Positions 28,284 to 36,284 of a DNA stretch of 36,284 bases are shown here, one piece after another. The DNA lies in NCBI GenBank assembly GCA_963754945.1, contig CAVWIG010000036.1:1-36284 (forward strand). The letters are read 5' to 3'. The position numbers were made by a program, and so were the translations under genes. Origin of the DNA: Methanotrichaceae archaeon (GTDB lineage Archaea > Halobacteriota > Methanosarcinia > Methanotrichales > Methanotrichaceae). Below the pieces are notes generated by a model that made no database searches, was not told the origin of the DNA, and worked only from the letters and a program-made list of their open reading frames with translations. Positions within the stretch are counted from its first letter, which is position 1, and each line of letters opens with the position of its first letter.

Positions 28284-29216
28284 ATGTCAGAGATCTCAGT
28301 GAAGGCAATTGGCATATTCAAAGGGTACAAGAGTTTCTTTGGAAAAAATACCGAGGTGCTCAAGGACATCACCCTTGAGATCAGGTCGGACGAGATCTTC
28401 GGAATTCTGGGACCCAACGGCTCGGGAAAGACAACCCTGATCTCCATTTTCTCCACTCTGATATACCCGGAAAAAGGGAGTCTGAAGATCTTGGGCCTGG
28501 ACTCTCGAACCGAGAAGGACGCAATAAGAAAGCAAATAAACATCAGCACCGCAAAGCCGAACTTTCCCTGGAGCCTTACCGTCAGAGAGAACCTCAAGCA
28601 CTACGCAATGCTGTATGGCATGTATGGCTCGGAATTGAAGAAGTCTGTCGATGAGCAGATAGAGGCCTTCGAGCTTGAGGAGTACAGAGACATCAAGTTC
28701 GAGGACCTGTCCACCGGTCTGAAGCAAAGGCTTTCCCTGGCCAAGGCAATGCTCAACAGACCAAGGCTTATCTTCCTGGACGAGCCCACAACGGGCCTTG
28801 ACCCAGAGATAGCCATAAAGACAAGGCAATTGATACGCCGGATACACCGGGAAAACGAGGTATCTGTGATTCTATCCACCCATTACATGCCTGAGGCTGA
28901 GATGCTTTGTGACAGGATCGCGTTCCTGCGACACGGTCAGATGGTGGCCCAGGATACCCCTCAGAACTTGAAAAACCAGCTCCATCTGGGCGAAAGAATG
29001 ATTTTACACTACGTAGGTCAGGTCAATATCGACGAGCTGGAGCATATACCGGGAGTGATGAGGATTAAAGCCGAGCCAGGTAGAGCTGAGATAGTCATAG
29101 ACAGGACAGCGGAGAATGTAGATAGGATCATCAAGCTCTTCGCAGGAGCCAGCATCCTGAACATCGATATAAAAGAACCCGACCTGGAGGATGTGTTCCT
29201 TGAACTGGCGCGGTGA
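28284..29216 (+). CDS. ABC-2 type transporter ATP-binding protein
   Basis: GPNGSGKTT, LSTGLKQR, FLDEPTTGLD, STHYM, PDLEDVFL. Start could be 28254. Confidence 0.92.
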   Translation: MSEISVKAIGIFKGYKSFFGKNTEVLKDITLEIRSDEIFGILGPNGSGKTTLISIFSTLIYPEKGSLKILGLDSRTEKDAIRKQINISTAKPNFPWSLTVRENLKHYAMLYGMYGSELKKSVDEQIEAFELEEYRDIKFEDLSTGLKQRLSLAKAMLNRPRLIFLDEPTTGLDPEIAIKTRQLIRRIHRENEVSVILSTHYMPEAEMLCDRIAFLRHGQMVAQDTPQNLKNQLHLGERMILHYVGQVNIDELEHIPGVMRIKAEPGRAEIVIDRTAENVDRIIKLFAGASILNIDIKEPDLEDVFLELAR

Positions 29217-29985
29217 GCTTAACAAGTATCTGGCCTCGACCTACAAGAACTGGATAATCTCCAAGAGGAATGTGTTCACGCTGTTTGAACTGTTCTTCTG
29301 GCCCATCATGGGCCTTCTGACCATCGGCCTCTTAACCAGGTTCTTGAACGTCAGCAGCAACACGGTCTCCTTTCTTCTTGTGGGCTCGATTGCTCTGACC
29401 ATCCTTCAGACTAGCCAGATGGACGTGGCCTACGTTCTCTTGTTCGATATGTGGTCCAAGAGCATCAAGAACACCTTCATAGCCCCGATCAAGAGCTATC
29501 ACCTGGTCTTCGGCGCGCTGCTCTTCGGCATAGTAAGAGGAACCTTTGTCTTCGGAATACTGGTAGTAGTCAGCAACCGCCTCTTCGGGTTCGATTTCCT
29601 GGCAGGCGGGATCGCTCCTGTTCTGATCTTTCTTGTCGGTGTTTATGCCATGGCAGCCGTTATCGGAATCACAGTCTGCATTTCAATTCTGACCTTCGGC
29701 CAGAAGGCGGACGTGGCCGCCTGGAGCCTGAGCGGCGTTGTCCTCTTAGTCAGCGGCATCTACTATCCGGTGGAGGTGCTCCCACCTGCACTGCAGGCGC
29801 TGTCCAGGGCGATACCGCTCACCTACTTCCTAGAATATTACAGGTCTGTTTATATCCCTGGGCCTCACAACATAGTTTTGGGCGCACTGTTGGCCGCGCT
29901 TTACCTGGTCGTAGGGCTGATGATGTTTGCTTGGTCGATAGAGAGAGCAAGGAGGACGGGCATCATGCTGCGTCTCTCTGAATAG
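29200..29985 (+). CDS. ABC-2 type transporter permease
   Basis: Six TM helices, SGIYYPVEVLP..PLTY. GGAGG favours the TTG at 29200. Confidence 0.9.
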   Translation: MNWRGELNKYLASTYKNWIISKRNVFTLFELFFWPIMGLLTIGLLTRFLNVSSNTVSFLLVGSIALTILQTSQMDVAYVLLFDMWSKSIKNTFIAPIKSYHLVFGALLFGIVRGTFVFGILVVVSNRLFGFDFLAGGIAPVLIFLVGVYAMAAVIGITVCISILTFGQKADVAAWSLSGVVLLVSGIYYPVEVLPPALQALSRAIPLTYFLEYYRSVYIPGPHNIVLGALLAALYLVVGLMMFAWSIERARRTGIMLRLSE

Positions 29986-30040
29986 CTATGCTTTTGGAGA
30001 GCCAAAAAAGCAGTTTTGTACCAGACAAGAGGAGCTTGAT

Positions 30041-31258
30041 TTGATAGAGGGAACGATTGGCAGGATCAAAGTTGGGGATCTGCAGCCCGTCAGGGTTATG
30101 GCAGTGATAAACCTGAGCAAGGAGTCCTTCTACAAGGGCTCTGTGGCCAACGCAAATCAGGCTCTAACAAAGGCCAGGTATTTGGCTGAAGAGGGGGCCG
30201 ACCTTATAGACCTTGGAGCGGTCTCAACGGCTCCAGGTTCCCCGAAGATAGACGAATCATTGGAGAGCGAGAGGCTTTTCCCTGAGTTGCAGAAGATCCT
30301 GGACCTGGGATTAGAGGTCTCCGTTGACACCCAGAGGGCAAGCATTGCAGACAAGGCACTGTCCATGGGCGCTATGTGCATAAACGATGTCTCTGGCCTC
30401 TTGGATCCGTCCATGGCCAAGACGGTAGCCGACCACGACACCTCTGTGGTAATAATGGCCTCACGCCGCGTCCCCGGTGATCTTCTGACGATGGACGACA
30501 TCCTGGATGTCCTTGCTGAACGGGTAAGTTCTGCTGTGGAAGTAGGGGTGGATCGGGATAAGATCGTCGTCGATCCTGGCATTGGAAAGTGGATTCCAGA
30601 AAAAGAACCGGCGCACGACCTGGCCATCCTGGACGGCTTTAGACGGCTGAGGGCTCTGGGAAGGCCTGTCATGGCCGCCCTCTCAAGGAAGTCGTTCATC
30701 GGAGCCAGGCTGAACCAGCCCGAACCCAGCAAGAGACTGTGCGGCTCCCTAGCTGCCACAGCCATCGCCGTCTACAACGGAGCCCACATCGTTCGCACTC
30801 ATGATGTGTCCATGAGCCTTGAAACTATTCGCATGGCTGAAGCGATCAGGGGACGGCCGCCCCGGTCCGAGGAGGAGAACATCTCTGTAGAGGTACTCGG
30901 ATACCTGGGCCACGAAAGCGACCTTGCCGATGCCCTGAGTCGAGCAAAAGTTGATCCAGGTGGATACCGTGCCCTGTGCAGAAAGGGTTCATTCAGGGTG
31001 TTGGCCATAGGCGGCATCAGTTCTATGGAGGCCATCATAATCAAGCAGGAGATGCTTGCTCGCGGCGGAGACGCTGCCATTCCCAAAATGGCACTTCGGT
31101 GCGATCCTGATCCCCAAAGGATCCTTATCCTAGGCACTCTATCCCAGATTTCAGGCCTTACGCGAAAATTAAAAGACCAGCCCTTCCGCCTGCCTTTGGT
31201 CGGAAAAGCTATTGAAGGGGCACTGAAACAAATAGATGATCCTGAACGCTACAGGTGA
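30041..31258 (+). CDS. folP: Dihydropteroate synthase with C-terminal extra domain
   Basis: MAVINLS.ESF, SVDT, INDVSG, DPGIG, SRKSFIG, IVRTHDV; extension contains KQEMLARGGDAA. Confidence 0.92.
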   Translation: MIEGTIGRIKVGDLQPVRVMAVINLSKESFYKGSVANANQALTKARYLAEEGADLIDLGAVSTAPGSPKIDESLESERLFPELQKILDLGLEVSVDTQRASIADKALSMGAMCINDVSGLLDPSMAKTVADHDTSVVIMASRRVPGDLLTMDDILDVLAERVSSAVEVGVDRDKIVVDPGIGKWIPEKEPAHDLAILDGFRRLRALGRPVMAALSRKSFIGARLNQPEPSKRLCGSLAATAIAVYNGAHIVRTHDVSMSLETIRMAEAIRGRPPRSEEENISVEVLGYLGHESDLADALSRAKVDPGGYRALCRKGSFRVLAIGGISSMEAIIIKQEMLARGGDAAIPKMALRCDPDPQRILILGTLSQISGLTRKLKDQPFRLPLVGKAIEGALKQIDDPERYR

Positions 31259-32430
31259 GGTTTTTGGAAGTATTCGGCATTAAGACAGATCTTATCGGAA
31301 TTGGCGACGATATGGTGGAGGCCCTGGAGAGGGGTATGAAGGAGTTAGGCCTTGCCTTAGAGGATGGAGACATTCTTGTTGTTTCGGAGAGCGCCGTAGC
31401 TACCTGGGAAGGAAGGGTTGTGAACCTCGAAGATGTAAAGCCGGGAAGGCTGGCCTGCGACTTGGCCGCCAGGTACTCTAAGGACCCGCGGGACATGGAG
31501 CTGATCTTGAGAGAGGCCGACGAGATTGTTGGGGGCATTCCCGGAGTGGTCTTGACCATGAACAAAGGATTCCTCTATCCAAACGCAGGCATTGACCACT
31601 CCAATGCTCCATCGGGTTACGTTGTGCTCTTCCCTGCTGATCCTCAGAGATCCGCTTCCGTAATACACGATAGGCTGGCCCAAGGAAAGAGGATTGGAGT
31701 GATCGTTGGCGACAGCCGCACCCATCCGCTGCGCCTCGGATGCGTTGGAGTGGCCCTGGGTTGCGTTGGCATTGAGCCAGTGGAGGACGCCCGGGGCCAA
31801 AAGGATCTGTACGGCCGTCCCCTTATGATAACCAGGAAGGCGGTGGCCGACAACCTCGTCTCAGCAGCCCAGATCGTGATGGGCGAGGGTGACGAGGGAA
31901 TACCCGCGGCCATAATCAGGAACGCACCTGTCAGGGTCGAGGAAGGACTGAAGTGTGAGATACCCGGCATTCCGCCGAACGAGTGCATGTACATAGGGGC
32001 GCTGCGGAGCGGGCCACATCCTTACACCGGAAGCTATGACAAGCTGATCGAAGAGGCGACCAATGCCAGGGAAAATGCCTATGCACCTTATTCGAACTTC
32101 AAAGTTGGAGCTGCGCTTCTGGGAAAGAACGGCAGGATATACTCAGCAGGAAACATAGAAAACGCTTCTAGTGGTGCAGATATTTGTGCAGAGAGAGCAG
32201 CAATAGCCAAGGCAGTAGCTTCTGGCGAGAAGGAGTTTGAAGCCGTGGCACTTATCGGCGACACTCCCACGCCGGTATCTCCCTGTGGAATATGCCGGCA
32301 GATGCTAAGCGAGTTCGGGGATGATATCAAGGTCATAATGGTCAACCTGAAGGGCGATGCAGCAATGGCTAACATCACTGAGCTGCTCCCTGGGGCCTTC
32401 AAAGGATCCTTCCTCAAAAAACAAGGTTGA
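31255..32430 (+). CDS. CofE-family (F420-0:gamma-glutamyl ligase-like) protein fused to cytidine deaminase
   Basis: GDILVVSES, NAGIDHSN, GDSR, DLYGRPL and MGEGDEG, followed by AYAPYSNFKVGAA, NIEN, CAERAA and PCGICRQ. GTGA overlap with folP. Confidence 0.9.
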   Translation: MRFLEVFGIKTDLIGIGDDMVEALERGMKELGLALEDGDILVVSESAVATWEGRVVNLEDVKPGRLACDLAARYSKDPRDMELILREADEIVGGIPGVVLTMNKGFLYPNAGIDHSNAPSGYVVLFPADPQRSASVIHDRLAQGKRIGVIVGDSRTHPLRLGCVGVALGCVGIEPVEDARGQKDLYGRPLMITRKAVADNLVSAAQIVMGEGDEGIPAAIIRNAPVRVEEGLKCEIPGIPPNECMYIGALRSGPHPYTGSYDKLIEEATNARENAYAPYSNFKVGAALLGKNGRIYSAGNIENASSGADICAERAAIAKAVASGEKEFEAVALIGDTPTPVSPCGICRQMLSEFGDDIKVIMVNLKGDAAMANITELLPGAFKGSFLKKQG

Positions 32431-32513
32431 GTTGATTTTGCCTTCAATCTGAATATCAGAGGGTCATCTGACAGACTCAACGATGCATGGAAAAGGCTTC
32501 CTGTATTCTTTTA

Positions 32514-32866
32514 ATCGGTTTTTATGAAAGATTCATATCTAGTATGAATTTCGATATAAACGGCAAACTCTCACCGATTATGAACTAATCATATATAACT
32601 TATGAAGCATCGATTGATATTGGTTTCTTGAGAAATTATTTCAAAAATTTTTACTAATCACATCTATTATTGCGGTGACTTTCCTTAAAATTTAGCTTCT
32701 GGGGATAATTAGGAATTGTTTCTAAAATCCCAGTGAGTGCTATGTGCGGCTACTCATACTTTTATCGCTTTTTATGAACAATTCATATAAAGTATGAATC
32801 TAATATAGATTGCAAACAATCTATTTATTATGAACTCTTCATATAGTTTATGAAACACTATTAGAT
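32514..32866. repeat. Two imperfect ~100-bp direct repeats 250 bp apart, containing four TATGAA-N3-TTCATA-N5/7-TATGAA units
   Basis: Units start at 32523, 32579, 32773 and 32829. Confidence 0.85.
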
Positions 32867-33287
32867 AGCGATTTTTCAACAAACAACATAAAAAATTTAT
32901 TGCAGATTAGTAATGCTTATATATAGAGACCTACGAGTACCGCGGCTCAAGGAGGATTTGTAGGAGGATCTCTCCGAGTCACTCCTGGAAGGCTTAAGTT
33001 TGAGCAAAATCTCCGATATGTGCAAGGCCGACCCAACTGCGATCTTGGATCTATTGATGGAGGAGTGCACATTGATCTGTAGAGGATATTTTGATGTGAT
33101 CGCATGCTTTGTGCTAGCTCTTGGATATCAGAGAGATTTGGGCGATTTTTCATCGGGCCAACGTACCCGGTGAACTCTAGTATCCTATCACAATTCTGAT
33201 TTTCAGGATGGGAATAATAAATTTTATGACATATAATTTCTGAGGTATCAAAATGAGAATATGTCTGGCTGAAACGGGGTGATTGAA

Positions 33288-33452
33288 GTGCCCACAACGA
33301 GCGATGAAGATGCTAAGATGATCGCTGATTTAAGGGAGATCTCAGAGGCCGAAGGAAAGCAAATAATCGAAGGCATAGCGATAATTGTAGCATTTTTCAT
33401 TCTGTGGTGGATTGTAGTGATGGTTTTTTTTGGCGGGGGCTGGGCATCTTGA
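33288..33452 (+). CDS. Small single-TM protein upstream of kdpA (54 aa, not in ORF track)
   Basis: GGGGTGA RBS then GTG: MPTTSDEDAKMIADLREISEAEGKQIIEGIAIIVAFFILWWIVVMVFFGGGWAS*. Confidence 0.55.
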   Translation: MPTTSDEDAKMIADLREISEAEGKQIIEGIAIIVAFFILWWIVVMVFFGGGWAS

Positions 33453-33580
33453 GGACAAGAAAAATGGACTCAGCTCTAAACAGCTGCAAGTCAGAAATCA
33501 ATACCCGAAGATCTGTTGGTTATATTTCATTCAGGCACGAGATAATGGAAATTTGCCATCATCTATGAGGACGATATAAA

Positions 33581-35281
33581 ATGTTTCAGGAATTGGCATA
33601 CTTTGCCTTAATAGCCGTAACTTTGATACTGGCATTTCCCTTTGGATGGTACCTGGCAAAGGTCTTCAAAGGAGAGCCAAATCTGCTCACTCCGCTCTTA
33701 CGACCCATAGAGCGTAGAATCTACAGGGTATGCGGTATCAATGAGAATAGCGAGATGACCTGGAAGAAATATGTTGCAACCCTGGTGGGCTTCGAGATCC
33801 TTGGAGTTGTATTTGCGTTCGTGATCCTGTCGCTGCAGGGTGTGCTTCCCTTAAATCCTCATGGGGTTAGCTCCTTCAGATGGGATTGGGCTGTTAACTC
33901 TGCCATCTCTTGGGTAACAAATACCAATTGGATAGCTTACAGCGGCGAGCGTGATCTCAGCTATTTGTCACAAATGCTGGGGGTTCTTGTCGAGGACTAT
34001 ATCAGCCCCTCAGTCGGATTCGTGGCCATAGTTGTCCTGGCCCGATCCTTCAGCCGCAAGCATTGTCCTACGGTAGGCAACTTCTGGGTCGATTTCACAC
34101 GGGCTATACTCTATGTGTGGATACCCCTTGGCTTGATCCTGGTATTTCCTCTCATCTCTCAGGGCGTAGTGCAGAACTTCGATCCTTATGCCGTTGCTCA
34201 CACTCTGGAAGGAGGAGTCCAGCTTATACCGGGCGGTCCGGCTGCCACAGTCATAATATACCAGTTGATATGCGAGGACGGAGCCAACTACTTTGCCAAC
34301 GCCATGGCTCATCCCTTCGAAAATCCGACGCCATTTACCAATTGGTTTACAATGGCATACATACTGTTCGTTCCGGCATCAATTGTGGTCATGATAGGAA
34401 AGCTGGCTATTAGCCGTGACACGACCAAAGCGCTGTTTGCTGTCATGCTGGTGCTGTTCATACTGGTCATGCCCCTGCCTTTCTACGCGGAGAATCAGGG
34501 AAACCCGCTGCTGGAAAAATTAGGCGTCCAGGGTGGCGTGAACATGGAGGGCAAGGAGATGCGGTTTTCCATGTTCGAGCATATCATGTACATAATAGTT
34601 GGAATGGCTCCTGCAAACGGCTCAACCGTATCTCAGCACGATAGCGTGATGCCTCTCACTATATTGACGATCATCTTCATGATTGTCATCGGAGCCCCCA
34701 TCTTCGGCTGCATCGGGGAGGGCCCTATGGCATTGATTCACTACTTCATAGTGACCATGTTCATAGCCGGGCTCATGACCGGCAGAACACCCGAGCTCAT
34801 AGGCAAGAAGGTTGAACTACGTGAGATCATACTTGCCGGGGCCTCCTTCCTGTTCTCATCATTCTCATCGCTGATGACGACTGCTATTGTCATCGTTTCA
34901 GCGGCAGGTATGGCGGCACTCGGCAATGCCGGTCCTCATGGATTGACGGAAATGCTGTATGCTTTTACTTCGGCGTCCATCAACAACGGCTCGTATATGG
35001 GTGGGTTGAACGTGAACAGCTATATCATCAATTTGATGACCCCGCCCTGCATGATCCTAGGAAGATACTCCACCTTGCTGGTGGGCATTGCCATTGCCGG
35101 TTCTATGGCCCGGAAGGGACACATCCCCATAAGCGCTGCGACTCTGCCTGTTGCAAGCCCGCTCTTCATCATGGCGGTGGTCTTCGTGGTCTTCGTAATT
35201 AGCGCCCTGTGTTTCTTCCCAGTGGCGACGATTGGTCCGATTCTGGAGCATCTGCTAATGACGTCGGGAAGGACGTTCTAG
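33581..35281 (+). CDS. kdpA: KdpA-family channel-like subunit (divergent filter motifs)
   Basis: TNTNW, GNFWVD, SQGV.QN, AHPFENP, NMEGKE.RF, GLMTGRTPE, NNGS. Confidence 0.93.
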   Translation: MFQELAYFALIAVTLILAFPFGWYLAKVFKGEPNLLTPLLRPIERRIYRVCGINENSEMTWKKYVATLVGFEILGVVFAFVILSLQGVLPLNPHGVSSFRWDWAVNSAISWVTNTNWIAYSGERDLSYLSQMLGVLVEDYISPSVGFVAIVVLARSFSRKHCPTVGNFWVDFTRAILYVWIPLGLILVFPLISQGVVQNFDPYAVAHTLEGGVQLIPGGPAATVIIYQLICEDGANYFANAMAHPFENPTPFTNWFTMAYILFVPASIVVMIGKLAISRDTTKALFAVMLVLFILVMPLPFYAENQGNPLLEKLGVQGGVNMEGKEMRFSMFEHIMYIIVGMAPANGSTVSQHDSVMPLTILTIIFMIVIGAPIFGCIGEGPMALIHYFIVTMFIAGLMTGRTPELIGKKVELREIILAGASFLFSSFSSLMTTAIVIVSAAGMAALGNAGPHGLTEMLYAFTSASINNGSYMGGLNVNSYIINLMTPPCMILGRYSTLLVGIAIAGSMARKGHIPISAATLPVASPLFIMAVVFVVFVISALCFFPVATIGPILEHLLMTSGRTF

Positions 35282-35293
35282 GAGGATAATAGC

Positions 35294-36284
35294 ATGCGCG
35301 GTAAGACTACAAAACTCTTGCAATCAGAGATTGTCCTTCAGGCGATAAAGGATGCATTCCTCAAGCTCGATCCCCGCGTCCAGTGGCGCAATTTGGTGAT
35401 GTTCGTAGTGGAGATCGGAGCGTTCCTGACTACACTGATAGCCTTGGGCGACGTACTCACTGGAGGAAACTTCAAGTTCGATATACAGATCGGCATCTGG
35501 CTCTGGTTCACTGTGCTGTTCGCAAACTTCTCCGAGGCTCTGGCAGAAGGTCGAGGCAAGGCCCAGGCCGAGAGCTTGCGAATGGCCCGAAGCGAGGCTC
35601 TGGCCAACAGGCTGCGGCACGACGGGAGCATTGAGCAGATCCCAGCATTGGACCTTCGCAAAGGCGATCTGTTTGTTGTGAACAATGGCGAAATCATACC
35701 CGGCGACGGTGAAATAACAGAAGGGACCGCCCTGGTGGATGAATCAGCCGTAACCGGCGAGTCTGCTCCGGTCGTCCGGGAGCCGGGCAGTACACTTCGT
35801 GGCGTTACAGGCGGGACCAAGGTCATATCCGGAAAGATCACCGCCCGAGTAACAGCGGAACCTGGTGAGACATTCCTTGACCAGATGATCTCAATGGTCG
35901 AGAACGCCAAGCGTCAGAAGACTCCTAACGAGCGGGCTCTGGAGATTCTGCTCATAGGGATGACTGCCATATTCCTCATCGTTGTAGGCACCCTGGTGCC
36001 CTTTGCGAACTATGTAGGGGTGGGCATAAGTATTGTCGTGCTGGTGTCTCTGCTTGTCTGCCTAATACCAACAACAATCGGCGGCCTCCTGCCAGCCATT
36101 GGAATCGCCGGTATGGAGCGGCTGCTGCAGAACAACGTCATAGCTCTGAGCGGCAGAGGTGTGGAAGCCTCAGGGAACGTGGACCTGGTGCTGATGGATA
36201 AGACCGGCACAATTACTCTAGGCAACAGAATGGCCACCGAGTTCATACCCGCAAAGGGAGTGACAGGAGAAGAGATCGCCAAGG
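35294..36284 (+). CDS. kdpB: KdpB P-type ATPase subunit (5' part; runs off the window)
   Basis: GGAGG RBS. KLDPRVQWRNLVMF, FANFSEALAEGRGKAQA, TGESAP, KTPNE, CLIPTTIGGLL, DKTGTITLGNR. Confidence 0.95.
   Translation, partial: MRGKTTKLLQSEIVLQAIKDAFLKLDPRVQWRNLVMFVVEIGAFLTTLIALGDVLTGGNFKFDIQIGIWLWFTVLFANFSEALAEGRGKAQAESLRMARSEALANRLRHDGSIEQIPALDLRKGDLFVVNNGEIIPGDGEITEGTALVDESAVTGESAPVVREPGSTLRGVTGGTKVISGKITARVTAEPGETFLDQMISMVENAKRQKTPNERALEILLIGMTAIFLIVVGTLVPFANYVGVGISIVVLVSLLVCLIPTTIGGLLPAIGIAGMERLLQNNVIALSGRGVEASGNVDLVLMDKTGTITLGNRMATEFIPAKGVTGEEIAK

Noticed and set aside
32514-32866. CRISPR array or replication origin (ORB) interpretation of the repeats
   Set aside because: The repeats are short degenerate hexamer units without a constant 25-40 bp repeat and unique spacers. 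There are no cas or cdc6 genes and no ORB G-string.
28105-36282. Numerous 60-200 aa antisense or alternative-frame ORFs inside the ABC, folP, cofE-cdd and kdp genes
   Set aside because: They are shadows of well-supported genes and have no motifs of their own.
1-36284. tRNA, rRNA, transposase or integrase genes
   Set aside because: None recognised by eye on either strand.

Overview
About 36 kb of archaeal chromosome, most likely from a Methanothrix-like (Methanotrichaceae/Methanosarcinales) methanogen. This assignment is inferred from the DUF1608-type S-layer protein with PGF-CTERM, the CofE-family ligase, and archaeal BRE/TATA promoters. The left ~2.5 kb is decayed: an unannotated AbrB-like gene and fragments of polB, cobN and a secreted-protein paralog. 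Next comes a dense transition-metal island: a Ni-type ECF transporter (NikM/PDGLE/Q/O), a stand-alone His/Glu-repeat protein, CopB, a YHS-glucan phosphorylase fusion, nikR, CbiMNQO plus a CDF exporter, a wHTH regulator and ZnuABC. The right end holds an ABC-2 system, folP plus a cofE-cdd fusion, and a kdpAB operon that runs off the window. Five observations stand out. (1) Three related structured intergenic elements each have a promoter, a loop-exposed CCUCC anti-Shine-Dalgarno motif and a shared GC terminal hairpin; two promoters overlap NikR-like operators, which suggests nickel-responsive sRNAs. (2) The CbiO C-terminal extension aligns with the C-terminal domain of the neighbouring wHTH regulator. 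(3) KdpA has a rewritten selectivity filter. (4) A four-unit operator-like array lies upstream of kdp. (5) There is a 119-aa His/Glu protein. Four otherwise intact genes have single frameshifts that may be sequencing errors. All family calls come from motif recognition; no searches were run.
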